From NCBI GenBank assembly GCA_013151015.1, contig JAADJA010000171.1, forward strand, positions 5,749-69,748: a stretch of DNA of 64,000 bases, given 5' to 3'. Under the pieces are notes generated by a model, which saw nothing but the letters and a program-made list of their open reading frames with translations, ran no database searches and had not been told where the DNA came from. Made by a program: the position numbers and the translations under genes. This DNA is from Chlorobiota bacterium. GTDB taxonomy: Bacteria; Bacteroidota; Bacteroidia; Bacteroidales; JAADJA01. Shown here one piece after another: positions 40,315 through 52,527 of the stretch. How positions within the stretch are numbered: the first letter of the stretch is position 1; each line of letters opens with the position of its first letter.

Positions 40315-41015
40315 AGAAGCAAACCATCAATTTCAGCAACAGGACCTGGGTCGTCAGGGACAACGAGTATCATCCAACCGATACAAAAGAATGGTACGAT
40401 GCCTCTGCGGTAAAAACCGATCCATCGGGAACCCTTGTCCTAAAAACCCATTATAACCCCCGTGAATTCTATCCGGCAAATGAGAAACCGATTACAATAA
40501 ACACAGGGTCTGGACGGATTTATTGTGAAGATAAATTCAGCTATGGGAAATTTGAGGCTTTGATCAAACTGCCCACGGGAAAAGAACTATGGCCTGCATT
40601 CTGGATGTGGGGATGGGATGCCTGGCCCCCCGAAATTGATATTCTTGAGGCCTATTCCAATAAGAAGGGCAATTATATGAAATTCAACTGGAGCCCCTTG
40701 TCAATCTGGAACGTGGAAACCAACGTCCATTATAAGGTAGGAGGGGAGAACCGCTCCATTGGCGGGAAGAGGCATTGGTTTGGCCTGAAAAACCCGGCCA
40801 ATAATTTTCTCAAATACCGTCTTGAATGGAGTCCTGCCCTTATTAGGATATATTATGACGGGATTTTTGTGAGGGGGATCAGGGATGCCAAAATACTTGA
40901 AAAAATCAACGGGCATAAAATGAGGGTGGTCTTGAACAATTCGGTTTTGAATGGGATAAAACATTCTCCCGATTCCGAAATGTATGTTAAATATTTTAAA
41001 TACGAGCCTTATTAA
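40311..41015 (+). CDS. Glycoside hydrolase family 16
   Basis: YGKFEA..WPAFWM..EIDILE catalytic motif; no signal peptide. Confidence 0.88.
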   Translation: MKKQTINFSNRTWVVRDNEYHPTDTKEWYDASAVKTDPSGTLVLKTHYNPREFYPANEKPITINTGSGRIYCEDKFSYGKFEALIKLPTGKELWPAFWMWGWDAWPPEIDILEAYSNKKGNYMKFNWSPLSIWNVETNVHYKVGGENRSIGGKRHWFGLKNPANNFLKYRLEWSPALIRIYYDGIFVRGIRDAKILEKINGHKMRVVLNNSVLNGIKHSPDSEMYVKYFKYEPY

Positions 41016-41115
41016 TGCGGGGCATGAGCCTGTTGTAATTTGGCATCTTGACATTTCCATTGCATTTCTGAAAAAATCTATCTTTGCTTTTATAGATTCT
41101 AAAACCCAATTCATT

Positions 41116-43513
41116 ATGAACAAATTCTCCTGCTTTGCGATCGTCTTTTTACTCCTTCTCGTCAAATCCTATTCCCAGGAACCCGTATTTCCCGGAGCCA
41201 ATGAGCAGACGCCTTCAAAAGCGCAGTATTTTTCTTGGATAAACAATACCAATGAGGGGACAACGGAAAAACAAACCCAGATCAACCTCGATTTTTTCAA
41301 GTGGTTAAGGGAAGGATACGGGATGCAGTTGGATATTTATGCTTTTGATGCAGGGGCCATTGACGGAAAACGTTTTTATGGGAGCATGAAATCTGACCGT
41401 TTCAAAAAACAGTTTCCCTATGGATTTGATTCAATCTACCACAAAGCAAGCCAGCTTGGGATTCGGCTTGGGGTTTGGGGCGGTCCCGATGGATTTGGGG
41501 ATACTGACGAAGAAGAAAAAGAAAGGACAGAACAGATGCTTGGATTGTGCCGTGATTATGATTTTGCACTTTTTAAATTTGATGCGGTTTGTGGCCCGTT
41601 AAGACCGGAAAAAGAAGATGCCTTTATCCATATGATGCAGGAATGCAGGAAATACAGCCCTGATTTGATCTTGTTGAACCACCGCCTGGGACTTGAAAGA
41701 GCAAAAGCGTATGCAACCACTTTCCTCTGGGGCGGGGCTGAAACCTATATCGATGTTTTTATGACCAATAACACCACAGCGCCCCATCATCGGGCGGCGG
41801 CAATATCAAGGGGTTTGGTTCCAGAACTTAAACGGCTTACAGAAGATCATGGGGTTTGTCTTTCTTCCTGTTTGGACAATTGGGACGACGATTTGATCCT
41901 TCAGGCTTTCAATCGAAGCCTGATCCTTGCGCCAGAGATATATGGAAACCCTTGGTTGTTGAGGGATGATGAATTCCCAAAGTTGGCACGCATTTTTAAT
42001 TTGCACCGAAAATATGGGAAAATACTTGTAAAAGGGGAGGTGCTGCCCGAAGAAAAATACGGCCCGTACGCAGTTTCACGTGGAGATAACAACACAAGGA
42101 TCATAAGCCTGCGCAACCTTTCCTGGATCCCTGTTGATTATGAAATCAATGCGGAAGAGATTGGGATTTCCAAGAATAAAAGGGTTGAAATAATCCAGCT
42201 CCATCCCCATGAAAATTTTATTGGAAGCTTTGAAAGCAATGAAACGCTAAGTGTTACAGTAGAACCATTCCGGTCGGCATTGTTCATCCTAACAGTAGAA
42301 ACTTACGATGAACCCCTCATCAAAGGAAGTAAATTTGATGTTGTCAGAAATGTGGAGGGAAAATCCATCTTGATGGATTTAATTGGCAATCCGGGTACTG
42401 AAGTTTCAATCAAGCTTGACAGTTTTAAAAAATACAGATCCGTTAAGATCAACGGGATTGAAGATAATGATTTGGTAAAAGGCAAAAGCCGGAATGTGAT
42501 ATTTAAAGGCGAAAAGTTAAGTTTACCTACTCATCGGAAAATCGCCAATCTAACAGAAACCGAAATCCCGGATGATGCGGAAGCTTTGTATGAGGCCACG
42601 GTTTTTTCTGCTGATAACAATGCGTTGGAGGTTCGTTCCTTGTTCCGTTCGGGCAAAACGAATGTCCCTGAGGTGCAAAATGCCAGGAATGCTTTTTTCA
42701 ATCAGAAAACATCAAGGAACATTTGTGGACAGGGGCGTTTGGGACAAAAACCTTTTTGATTCAGATATGGCGACCGGGTTTTGGCCTTCCACAAAATATG
42801 ACATCGACATGCGGGTAAAAGGGGGTACATTAAGGTTGGATTTGGGCAAAATAACCGATGTGGACAAATTAGTGGTTTATGTACCAGACAATTTCTCACT
42901 TCATCCTTTGCTGCCCGAGGAAGGCAATTATGTTGAAATATCATCTGACCTGAAAACCTGGGAAACCTTGACCTATCTTGCCGGGAAAACTATGACCATC
43001 GATATCCATAAGAAAACACGTTATCTCAGGTTCAAATCCCAGCCAAGGCAGATTGTCGAAATCGAAGGGTATCTTGATGGGAAACCATTGGATCGTAGCA
43101 AATGGAAGGCTTCCAATTTATTTGCACATTCGGATAGGATGAAATGTGTTAAAAGTTGGAAAGCAAACTTTGTTTTGGATGAATTGGCCGAAAACAGTTA
43201 TCTAAGCGTTGCAATTAACGGAAAACATGGTGTCGAAGGTGCTTATGTTGCCGCTAAAATTGACAGGCAACTTATCGGCGCTCCAGACAGGGCTGCTTCT
43301 TATCCATCTAATACGTGGGAATATGTAAATGCCCAAAGAGATTCAAACTATACCTATTTTATTCCTTTGGATATATCCTGTATTGGAAAGGAAATCGAAG
43401 TTTATGTATTGGCCTATGATAAGGAAAATACGAATCTCAAACCTGAAGTTTGGATTTCTTCCCATTCGGGAGGTAAAGAAAAGATCAGGATTGAGTTGGA
43501 AATTAGGAATTGA
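41116..43513 (+). pseudogene. Large exported glycoside-hydrolase-like protein, frameshifted by a 10-nt duplication at 42701-42720
   Basis: Signal peptide; YFSW, YAFDAG, LFKFD; deleting either ATCAGAAAAC or ATCAAGGAAC gives one 795-aa ORF. Confidence 0.7.
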
Positions 43514-43662
43514 TGAAACCCTCTATATTTTTGAAATACTTCAAAAGCAAGATCTATTAGAAATGAAAACATATCCCATAAAGTCCAATAATTAATATTA
43601 TGTTAAATAGCATGTTTAGAAAGAGAGGGAAACAACAATGGCTTCCCCCCCCTTTTTCTTAA

Positions 43663-44889
43663 TTAATGCTGGGCATCAATCAGCGTATTGATCTCTTTTG
43701 TTTTAACATCGTTTCCCAATCGTGCATAAATCTCTTTCAATGAATATAAGGTACTCATGTCATCGGGTAAAATCTGATGGGCTTTCTCCAAATAGGGCAA
43801 GCAAGTTTCAAGATATTCATCGGCCTTTGCCTTCAATTCATCATATTTTGCTTGTTCTTCAAATGGAAGTTGATTTGCTTCATCAATTAAAATAGCAGCT
43901 TTATTAACATAAAGTGCACCCATATTATAATTGGGGTCAAAATAATCTGGTCTGATCTCAATTGCTTTATTATAAGCCTTTATAGTCCTGTTAAATGCTT
44001 CCTCTTTCATTTCTGGTGTACTAGTGGAATCATCAACGATTTGGTTATAGTTTGCACCAATTGCAAAAAAGATAGTAGCGTTGGTCGTGTCAAGTTTGGC
44101 TGCAAGTTCCAGATTACTTAGTGCTTTGTTCGTTTGCTTATTGGCCAGTAAAAAGTTGGTTTCGTTAAGGAGCAGGCTAAGGTTGTTGGGGTATTTCCCC
44201 CTTCCATCAGCATAAACGGCGGCAGCCTTTTCGGCATCTTTGTCCTGGTTGTAATAAATGCCGGCAAGTGAACTGTAAATACCCGGCTCGGGGTAATTCA
44301 TGGCCACCAATGTTTCAAGAGACTTTTTTGCTTTGTCATAATCATGTCCCAATTCGGCAGCAACAGCAATGTAATAGATGGTCAAGGAATCTTCGCTCCC
44401 GGCATCTTTATATATTTGATATGCATTCTCGAAAGCTTTAACAGATTTGCCAAATTCATAATTGGCCGTAACGGTATCCTTGGCATCCAGCGCAGTTTGT
44501 CCCTCATTATACAAATTGGCACCATAGTTGAAAAACGACTCCCCTACGATAGGCATCCGGGCAAGGATTTCTATGTAATACGTTTTCTTTGTATCCAATT
44601 CCAATGCCTTTTTGTAAGCTTCATAGGCTTTATTCAAAGCATCGGGGTCCAGTTTTTTATACTCTTCGTTCGTGCTGTTGTAAATGTCGATATAAATGTT
44701 GCCCCTGTAATACCATGTCTTGGCCATAGCAACGGTCTTGGGATGAACGCTTGCTTTATCAATGGCTTCCTTGGCTTTATCAAGTTTACCACTTTTATGA
44801 TAGTTATATGCACTGACAACCATGTTTTTTTGTGAAAAACCAATTGCTGTGGTAAAAAACAGAAGAGTTACTAAAACGATTTTTTTCAT
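43663..44889 (-). CDS. Exported TPR protein downstream of gyrA
   Basis: Signal peptide; AKTWYYRGNIY and further TPR units. Confidence 0.9.
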   Translation of the reverse strand: MKKIVLVTLLFFTTAIGFSQKNMVVSAYNYHKSGKLDKAKEAIDKASVHPKTVAMAKTWYYRGNIYIDIYNSTNEEYKKLDPDALNKAYEAYKKALELDTKKTYYIEILARMPIVGESFFNYGANLYNEGQTALDAKDTVTANYEFGKSVKAFENAYQIYKDAGSEDSLTIYYIAVAAELGHDYDKAKKSLETLVAMNYPEPGIYSSLAGIYYNQDKDAEKAAAVYADGRGKYPNNLSLLLNETNFLLANKQTNKALSNLELAAKLDTTNATIFFAIGANYNQIVDDSTSTPEMKEEAFNRTIKAYNKAIEIRPDYFDPNYNMGALYVNKAAILIDEANQLPFEEQAKYDELKAKADEYLETCLPYLEKAHQILPDDMSTLYSLKEIYARLGNDVKTKEINTLIDAQH

Positions 44890-45016
44890 AATGTTAATTT
44901 CTTAATTGTTTCTAAATTTTGGCAAAAATAAAATTAATTGGCAAACCAATTCAAAAAGCACGCCAATTTGGAATCATTTTTAATAATTACAAACTATACT
45001 TAAATTACAACTTTCA

Positions 45017-47581
45017 TCAATCTTCATCTGGCTCTTGAGGTTCAGGTTGTTCTGATTCCCCTAAAGGCTCGATGGGATTTTCATCCGTTGGAATTAAATT
45101 ACCTTCTTCATCGGTCAACAGCTCTTCAGCTTCATCTACTTCCACCCGGGCAACGGCTGCAATGGCATCCCCTTCCCTGATATTTATCAACCTGACGCCT
45201 TGTGTGGCCCGGCCCATCACGCGCATTCCACTAACCGGCAGCCTTATAATAATCCCAGACTTTGTTATAATCATCAAATCATCATTGTCGTAAACCGACT
45301 TAATGGCAATCAGGTTTCCGGTTTTCTCGGTGATATTGATGGTTTTCACACCTTTTCCACCCCTGTTCGTAATCCGGTAGTCTTCAACAGAGGAACGTTT
45401 CCCATAACCTTTTTGTGAAACGACAAGTACGTTGCTTTCTTCATCTTCAATACAAATCATACCGATTACTTCGTCTTTTGGGCCAGCCAGTTTAATCCCC
45501 CTTACACCGGAAGCATTTCTGCCCATCGGCCTTACTTTGCTCTCGGGGAAACGGATTGCCCTACCCGATTTAAGAGCCATTATAATCTCACTATTCCCGC
45601 TCGTAAGCCTTGCTTCCAACAGAATATCATCTTCTTTGATATTGATGGCAATTATCCCGTTCACCCTCGGCCTTGAATACGATTCCAGGCTTGTCTTCTT
45701 TATTGTCCCTTTTTTGGTACAGAGCGTAATGAAATTACTATTGATGTAATCCTCCTCCGAAAGGTTCTTGATATTGATAATGGCCCGCACTTTATCGTCC
45801 ATTGCTATGTTTATCAAATTCTGGATAGCCCGTCCTTTGGATGTTTTGGAACCTTCAGGGATTTCAAATACCCTCAACCAATATACCTGCCCTTTTTCGG
45901 TAAAGAAAAGCATATAATTATGGTTAGTGGCAATGTAAAGGTGCTCGAGGAAATCTTCGCCGCGGGTACTGCTTCCGCGTGCCCCGGTCCCTCCCCTGTT
46001 CTGGCGGCGGTATTCGCTCAAAGCAGTCCGTTTCACATAGCCAAGATGCGAAATAGTAATCACCACTTCTTCATCTGGGATAGTATCTTCAATATTAAAA
46101 TCCTTGGCAGTATATTCTATTTTTGAACGTCTTTCGTCACCATATTTCTCTTTGATTTCCATCAGCTCATCCTTGATAATGTTCATCCGGAGTTCTTCAT
46201 TGGCAAGGATTTCTTCCAAATGCTCAATCAACTTCATGATCTCTTCATACTCTGCTTTCAGCTTATCCTGTTCCAATCCCGTAAGTTTCTGCAAACGCAT
46301 ATCAAGGATAGCCCGGGCCTGTATTTCGGAAAGCTTAAACTGTTCCATCAGGCCATTGCGTGCTTCCTCGGGTGTGCGCGATGCGCGAATCAACGCAATA
46401 ACCGCATCAATATGGTCAAGGGCAATAATAAGCCCTTCAAGGATATGGGCCTTTTTCCTGGCTTCCCTCAGTTCGTATTCTGTTTTCCTGATCAGGACTT
46501 CATGGCGATGTTCCACAAAGTATTGGATCATGTCCTTCAGGTTGAGCATCTGCGGACGCCCTTTGACAAGGGCAATATTATTGACGCTGAATGAAGTTTG
46601 TAGGGCTGTGTATTGGTAGAGTTTGTTAAGGATGACATTGGGAACGGCATCCCTTTTCATTTCATAAACCACACGAAGGCCATTTCTGTCCGATTCATCC
46701 CGGATATCCGAAATACCTTCAATTTTTTTGTCATTCACAAGGTCCGCTGTCTTTTTTATCATTTCGGCCTTGTTCACCTGATAAGGTACCGAAGACACAA
46801 TAATCCTCGACCTTCCGCTCTCCGTCTCTTCAATCACTGCTTCACCCCGCATCATTACACGCCCCCTGCCCGTTTCAAAAGCACTGCGAACCCCTTCGTA
46901 ACCATAGATTATACCACCGGTAGGGAAATCCGGGGCCTTGATGTATTGCATCAAATCCGATATGGTGATTTCACTATCATCAATATAGGCAATGGTACCG
47001 TCAATTACCTCGGCAAGATTGTGGGGCGGCATATTAGTGGCCATCCCAACGGCAATGCCCGAAGCCCCATTAATAAGCAGATTGGGCACCTTAGCCGGTA
47101 AAACAGTCGGCTCTTTTAAGGAATCATCAAAGTTCAATTGCATATCCACGGTATCTTTATTGATATCCGCAAGCAATTCCTCAGAAATCTTACGAAGACG
47201 GGCTTCTGTATATCGCATGGCTGCTGGCCTGTCACCATCCATGGAACCAAAGTTCCCTTGTCCGTCAACCAAGGGGTAGCGCAACGACCAATCCTGGGCC
47301 ATCCGCACCATTGCATCATAAACCGATGTATCACCATGGGGATGGAATTTCCCAAGGACCTCCCCTACTATCCTTGCCGATTTTTTATAAGGTCTGTTGG
47401 ACATCACGCCCAACTCAAGCATTCCAAACAATACTCTCCTGTGAACAGGTTTCAACCCATCACGGACATCAGGCAAAGCTCTTGACACGATAACCGACAT
47501 TGAATAATCAATATAAGCCGATTTCATTTGATTTTCGATGTTCACCTTATGAATCCGTTCTCCATTTTGCAAATTTTCCAT
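45017..47581 (-). CDS. gyrA: DNA gyrase subunit A
   Basis: [21 protein letters not shown], GyrA-box QNRGGTG. Confidence 0.98.
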   Translation of the reverse strand: MENLQNGERIHKVNIENQMKSAYIDYSMSVIVSRALPDVRDGLKPVHRRVLFGMLELGVMSNRPYKKSARIVGEVLGKFHPHGDTSVYDAMVRMAQDWSLRYPLVDGQGNFGSMDGDRPAAMRYTEARLRKISEELLADINKDTVDMQLNFDDSLKEPTVLPAKVPNLLINGASGIAVGMATNMPPHNLAEVIDGTIAYIDDSEITISDLMQYIKAPDFPTGGIIYGYEGVRSAFETGRGRVMMRGEAVIEETESGRSRIIVSSVPYQVNKAEMIKKTADLVNDKKIEGISDIRDESDRNGLRVVYEMKRDAVPNVILNKLYQYTALQTSFSVNNIALVKGRPQMLNLKDMIQYFVEHRHEVLIRKTEYELREARKKAHILEGLIIALDHIDAVIALIRASRTPEEARNGLMEQFKLSEIQARAILDMRLQKLTGLEQDKLKAEYEEIMKLIEHLEEILANEELRMNIIKDELMEIKEKYGDERRSKIEYTAKDFNIEDTIPDEEVVITISHLGYVKRTALSEYRRQNRGGTGARGSSTRGEDFLEHLYIATNHNYMLFFTEKGQVYWLRVFEIPEGSKTSKGRAIQNLINIAMDDKVRAIINIKNLSEEDYINSNFITLCTKKGTIKKTSLESYSRPRVNGIIAINIKEDDILLEARLTSGNSEIIMALKSGRAIRFPESKVRPMGRNASGVRGIKLAGPKDEVIGMICIEDEESNVLVVSQKGYGKRSSVEDYRITNRGGKGVKTINITEKTGNLIAIKSVYDNDDLMIITKSGIIIRLPVSGMRVMGRATQGVRLINIREGDAIAAVARVEVDEAEELLTDEEGNLIPTDENPIEPLGESEQPEPQEPDED

Positions 47582-47921
47582 ATATTATTCCTTCAATTAC
47601 AGTTGATTACATTTTTTAAATAAAGTTTACGAATGTAGCAATAATTGATAAACCACGGGCGTTTTTTAGCCCATTTTATTACTAACATGGTGATGTTAAT
47701 AAAAAAGGACACATTGGCCGATTTTCCGTACTTTTGTATCTACATTTGAGAAAAAAGACATTGTGTCATTAGCATTTAGTTAACAATGACTTAGGCTGGA
47801 TTTTTGTTAAGTGGGAACAAAATAAATTCCACCAAAAGACAAACTAATAGGATTTTGAACCGTTATATTCAAAATAAACAAATTTTGATGGAAAGTCATC
47901 AACAATTCATTTGATTTTTTT

Positions 47922-50489
47922 ATGGAAGCGAAATTTTCACAACGCGTCAAGGATGTGCTCTCTTACAGTAGGGAAGAAGCCATTCGGCTTGGAAACGATT
48001 ATATAGGACTTGAACACCTCATCCTTGGAATAATACGTGAAGGCGAAGGAATGGCTATTCAAATACTTTCGTATTTTAATCTTGATTTAGGCAATCTGAG
48101 AAAAGAAATAGAAGTGGCCATTGCAGAACCCGAAAAGAAAAAAGTAAAATCATTGGACAATATCCCCTTGATAAAACAAGCGGAAAGAGCCCTTAAGATC
48201 ACCTATCTCGAAGCAAAACTATTCAATAGCGACCTAATTGGAACCGAACATTTGCTACTTGCCATCCTTAAAGACAATGACAATATTGTCACAAAAAATT
48301 TCGGAAGACATGGCATTGATTATGAAGCCGTGAAGGATGAACTGAAAGCCATTATCTCAAATAGCGATACAAGCGGGATTGGTTTTGACCCGAAAGACGA
48401 ATTGCCCGGCGGAACTGCTTCCGATGAAGAACCCGAAGGGGGAAAAGGAAAAGGCTTTGGTGGTAATATCAAGAAGATTGCGGATTCAAAATCAAAAACC
48501 CCGGTACTGGATAATTTCGGGCGGGACATGACGAAAGCCGCCGAAGAAGGCCGCCTCGACCCCATCGTTGGACGCGACAGGGAACTGGAACGGATTGCCC
48601 AGGTTTTAAGCCGAAGGAAAAAGAACAATCCTATTTTAATAGGTGAGCCCGGTGTTGGCAAATCGGCAATTGCAGAAGGTCTGGCACTGCGAATAGTTGA
48701 CCGGAAAGTTTCACGGGCATTGTTCAATAAACGTATTGTGACGCTTGACCTCGCTTCCCTTGTTGCCGGGACAAAATACCGCGGACAGTTTGAAGAGCGG
48801 ATGAAGGCAGTTTTAAATGAACTGGAGAAAAACCCGCAGATCATTCTTTTTATTGATGAAATCCACACAATAGTCGGGGCCGGGAATGCCTCGGGTTCAC
48901 TGGATGCTTCCAATATGTTCAAACCGGCACTTGCCCGTGGCGATCTGCAATGTATAGGTGCAACCACACTGGACGAATACCGCCAGTACATTGAAAAGGA
49001 TGGAGCTCTTGAAAGGCGTTTCCAAAAGGTTTTGGTCGATCCAACAACCCCGGAGGAGACCGTTGAGATTTTGAACAACATCAAAGAGAAATATGAAGAC
49101 CACCACATGGTAACTTATTCCGATGAGGCGATCAAAGCCTGTGTTGGCCTTACAACCCGCTATATAACCGACAGGTATTTACCGGACAAGGCAATTGACG
49201 CATTGGACGAAGCAGGTTCGCGCGTACATATCACCAATATCCATGTTCCCGTGGAAATAATCGATATCGAAAACAGGATTGAAGAAACACGGAAAAACAA
49301 AACCGGCGCAATCAATAATCAAAAATTTGAAGAAGCGGCCAAGTTCCGGGATATTGAAAGAAAATTACAGGAAGACCTCGATAGGGAGAAAAAACGCTGG
49401 GAAGAAGAATCAAAGATAAACAGGGAAAGCGTTTCGGAAGAAAATGTTGCCGAAGTCATTGCCATGATGACGGGCGTTCCGGTTCAACGGATTGCACAAA
49501 ACGAGAGCGACCGCCTTGTGAGCATGGAAGATGACATGGCCGAATCTGTTATAGGACAGGCCGATGCAATTAAAAAAGTAGTAAAGGCTATCCGTCGAAA
49601 CCGGGCAGGGTTGAAAGACCCGAACAAACCCATTGGCACCTTTATTTTCCTTGGGCCAACGGGTGTGGGGAAAACCCATCTTGCAAAAGTTTTATCAAAA
49701 TATCTTTTTGACACCGAGGAAAACCTTATCCGTGTTGACATGAGCGAATACATGGAGAAGTTTGCTGTTTCAAGATTGGTCGGGGCGCCTCCGGGATATG
49801 TGGGGTATGAAGAAGGCGGGCAATTGACCGAAAAAGTAAGAAGGAAGCCCTACTCCATCGTTCTCCTGGACGAAATTGAAAAAGCACATCCCGATGTGTT
49901 CCATTTGATGTTGCAGGTTTTGGATGATGGACAACTGACCGATAGTTTAGGGAGGAAAGTTGATTTTAAGAATACGATCATTATAATGACATCCAACATC
50001 GGTTCGAGGCAATTGAAAGATTTTGGACAAGGCGTTGGTTTTAATACATTGGCAAAAGCTGCCGGAAAGTCTTCACATACAAGGGGCGTTATCGAAAATG
50101 CACTGAAAAAGGCCTTTGCACCCGAGTTCCTGAACCGGATCGACGATGTGGTAATTTTTGATTCCCTCGAAAGGGAAGCAATCCATAAGATTATCGATAT
50201 TGAATTGAAGCACCTTTTTAAACGTGTTATCGAGTTGGGTTATAAAATCGAAGTTACGGAAGATGCCAAGGACTTTATCGTTGAAAAAGGCTGGGACGAA
50301 CAATATGGCGCCCGTCCTTTAAAGAGGGCGATCCAGAAATATATCGAAGATAACCTGGCTGAAGAAATCATCCGTTCAAACCTGAGCGATGGCTCTGAAA
50401 TAATTGTTGACTATGAAGAAGGCGGGGAAGAATTAAAGATTACCATTGTCCCTGCGACGAAATTGTTGGAGAATAAGGACAGTAAGTAA
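47922..50489 (+). CDS. clpC: ATP-dependent Clp protease ATPase ClpC
   Basis: Clp-N repeats, GEPGVGKS, UVR coiled coil, GPTGVGKT, GARPLKR. Confidence 0.96.
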   Translation: MEAKFSQRVKDVLSYSREEAIRLGNDYIGLEHLILGIIREGEGMAIQILSYFNLDLGNLRKEIEVAIAEPEKKKVKSLDNIPLIKQAERALKITYLEAKLFNSDLIGTEHLLLAILKDNDNIVTKNFGRHGIDYEAVKDELKAIISNSDTSGIGFDPKDELPGGTASDEEPEGGKGKGFGGNIKKIADSKSKTPVLDNFGRDMTKAAEEGRLDPIVGRDRELERIAQVLSRRKKNNPILIGEPGVGKSAIAEGLALRIVDRKVSRALFNKRIVTLDLASLVAGTKYRGQFEERMKAVLNELEKNPQIILFIDEIHTIVGAGNASGSLDASNMFKPALARGDLQCIGATTLDEYRQYIEKDGALERRFQKVLVDPTTPEETVEILNNIKEKYEDHHMVTYSDEAIKACVGLTTRYITDRYLPDKAIDALDEAGSRVHITNIHVPVEIIDIENRIEETRKNKTGAINNQKFEEAAKFRDIERKLQEDLDREKKRWEEESKINRESVSEENVAEVIAMMTGVPVQRIAQNESDRLVSMEDDMAESVIGQADAIKKVVKAIRRNRAGLKDPNKPIGTFIFLGPTGVGKTHLAKVLSKYLFDTEENLIRVDMSEYMEKFAVSRLVGAPPGYVGYEEGGQLTEKVRRKPYSIVLLDEIEKAHPDVFHLMLQVLDDGQLTDSLGRKVDFKNTIIIMTSNIGSRQLKDFGQGVGFNTLAKAAGKSSHTRGVIENALKKAFAPEFLNRIDDVVIFDSLEREAIHKIIDIELKHLFKRVIELGYKIEVTEDAKDFIVEKGWDEQYGARPLKRAIQKYIEDNLAEEIIRSNLSDGSEIIVDYEEGGEELKITIVPATKLLENKDSK

Positions 50490-50520
50490 CTCCCAACATA
50501 TTTAACTTGATATTGATAAT

Positions 50521-50565
50521 GCCCTCCTGTTGATAATTTTACCGACAGGAGGGCGTTTTGTTTTT
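50521..50565 (+). terminator. Intrinsic terminator of clpC
   Basis: GCCCTCCTGT...ACAGGAGGGC followed by a T-rich tract. Confidence 0.8.
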
Positions 50566-50676
50566 GTTCAACACAAGAATTGCAGCTTTCCAATTACAAG
50601 TAAGCTCTCTTCTATACAGAATTATTTTTGTTAAAATATTTTATAATTTAGCCGCAATTTTAAAACGAAAAAGAAT

Positions 50677-52461
50677 ATGGACAAATCGAAGATTGTAAAA
50701 GGAGGTGAATTCCTCATTAAAGAAACGAAAGCCGAAGATATTTTCATTCCTGAGGAGCTGGACGAAGAACAAATGATGATAGCCCAGACCTGTGTGGATT
50801 TCCTGGAAACTGAAGTGTATCCGATCCTTGACAGGATTGATAGTCAGGAAAAAGGATTGATGAGGAGTTTGATACAGAAATCAGGTGAACTTGGATTACT
50901 TGGGATTTCGGTGCCGGAGGAATATGAAGGCTTTGAACAAAGTTTTGTAACGTCCATGTTGGCAAGTGCTGCCATGGGGGCCGGCTATTCTTTTTCGGTT
51001 GCCTATTCGGCACACACGGGAATTGGTACATTGCCCATTGTTTATTATGGAAACGATGAACAAAAAGCAAAATATCTGCCACAGCTTGCAACCGGTGAAT
51101 GGGTAGCTGCTTATTGCCTGACCGAGCCCAATGCCGGATCGGATGCAAATTCAGGTTCCACAAAAGCTGTTCTGTCAGAAGATGGGAAACACTATATTTT
51201 GAACGGACAGAAAATGTGGATTACCAATGGCGGTTTTGCCGATGTTTTTACCGTATTTGCCAAAATTGACAACGACCGTGTCCTGAGTGCCTTTATCGTT
51301 GAAAGCAAATCGGAAGGAGTTGTCATAAACCCGGAGGAAAAAAAGATGGGGATCAAAGGTTCTTCCACCGTTCAGCTTTTCTTCAACGATGTAAAAGTCC
51401 CGGTCGAAAACCTTTTGGGCCGCCGAGGCCAAGGGTTCAGGATTGCACTGAACATCCTCCACATGGGCCGGATCAAACTTGGCGGAACTGTTCTGGGTGC
51501 TGCGCAAAGGGCAATTACACAATCTGTGAACTATGCAAACGAAAGAAAGCAATTTGGCCAGACAATCGGGAATTTTGGAGCCATAAAATACAAACTTGCC
51601 GAACAGGTCATCAGGACATGGGTGACCGAGTCAGCGGTTTTCAGGATCAGCAAGAACATTGATGAAATGATCGAAATGCTGTTGGAGGAAGGAAAAGGGA
51701 AACAGGCGGCTACCATTGATGGTATCGCAGAGTATTCCATCGAAGCAGCTGCCATGAAAGTATTTGGGTCCGAAGCACTCAACTATGTGGTTGACGAAGC
51801 TGTTCAGATATTTGGCGGTATGGGTTTTTCGGCAGAAACCGATGTGGACAGGGCTTACCGCGATTCACGGATAAACCGGATTTTTGAAGGGACCAACGAA
51901 ATCAACCGTTTACTTGTTTCCGATACAACCATTAAAAAGGCCTTGAAAACAGGTTTTGATATGGTCCGTTATGCCAATTCAATCATTAAAAACCTGGACA
52001 ATGAAGCTGATTCGCCCATTCCCGAAAATGACTATTTTGCCGAGAAGAAATACTATGTTTCCAATTTCAAAAAGGTGGCCATTTTGTTAATGGGGACTTT
52101 GTCGGATAAAATGGACAGGAAATTTATTTCGGAACAGGAAATCCTTTCGGATATCTCAGATGTGATTATGATGGCCTATGGATCGGAATCAGCAGAATTA
52201 CGTGTGGAAAAACTCCACGGGATGAAAGGTGAAGAGGCTGTGAAACTGTACAAAGATATGTTGGATGTTTATATTTACGATTCCGCATGTAATATCAACA
52301 AAGCGGCCAAAGATGCCATCAATTCCTTTGTGGAAGGTGAAGAGCAAAAAATCATGCTCGACCGTATCGATCATTTCACAAACGTAAAACCAATGAACAC
52401 AAAAAGGGCAAGGCGCAATATCGCCGAAAAGCTTCTGGACGAAAACAAGTATTGCTTTTAA
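50677..52461 (+). CDS. Acyl-CoA dehydrogenase (long, ~590-aa type)
   Basis: YCLTEPNAGSDA, NGQKMWITN, KMGIKGSST, RIFEGTNEINR. Confidence 0.95.
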   Translation: MDKSKIVKGGEFLIKETKAEDIFIPEELDEEQMMIAQTCVDFLETEVYPILDRIDSQEKGLMRSLIQKSGELGLLGISVPEEYEGFEQSFVTSMLASAAMGAGYSFSVAYSAHTGIGTLPIVYYGNDEQKAKYLPQLATGEWVAAYCLTEPNAGSDANSGSTKAVLSEDGKHYILNGQKMWITNGGFADVFTVFAKIDNDRVLSAFIVESKSEGVVINPEEKKMGIKGSSTVQLFFNDVKVPVENLLGRRGQGFRIALNILHMGRIKLGGTVLGAAQRAITQSVNYANERKQFGQTIGNFGAIKYKLAEQVIRTWVTESAVFRISKNIDEMIEMLLEEGKGKQAATIDGIAEYSIEAAAMKVFGSEALNYVVDEAVQIFGGMGFSAETDVDRAYRDSRINRIFEGTNEINRLLVSDTTIKKALKTGFDMVRYANSIIKNLDNEADSPIPENDYFAEKKYYVSNFKKVAILLMGTLSDKMDRKFISEQEILSDISDVIMMAYGSESAELRVEKLHGMKGEEAVKLYKDMLDVYIYDSACNINKAAKDAINSFVEGEEQKIMLDRIDHFTNVKPMNTKRARRNIAEKLLDENKYCF

Positions 52462-52488
52462 TTGAACTTCATTCAAATCACAAGGGCG

Positions 52489-52527
52489 AAAAAAAAGAGG
52501 TTTTCATACGAAAGTCTCTTTTTTTTG
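52489..52527. terminator. Probable bidirectional terminator
   Basis: A8-GAGGTTTTC-atac-GAAAGTCTC-T8. Confidence 0.65.
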
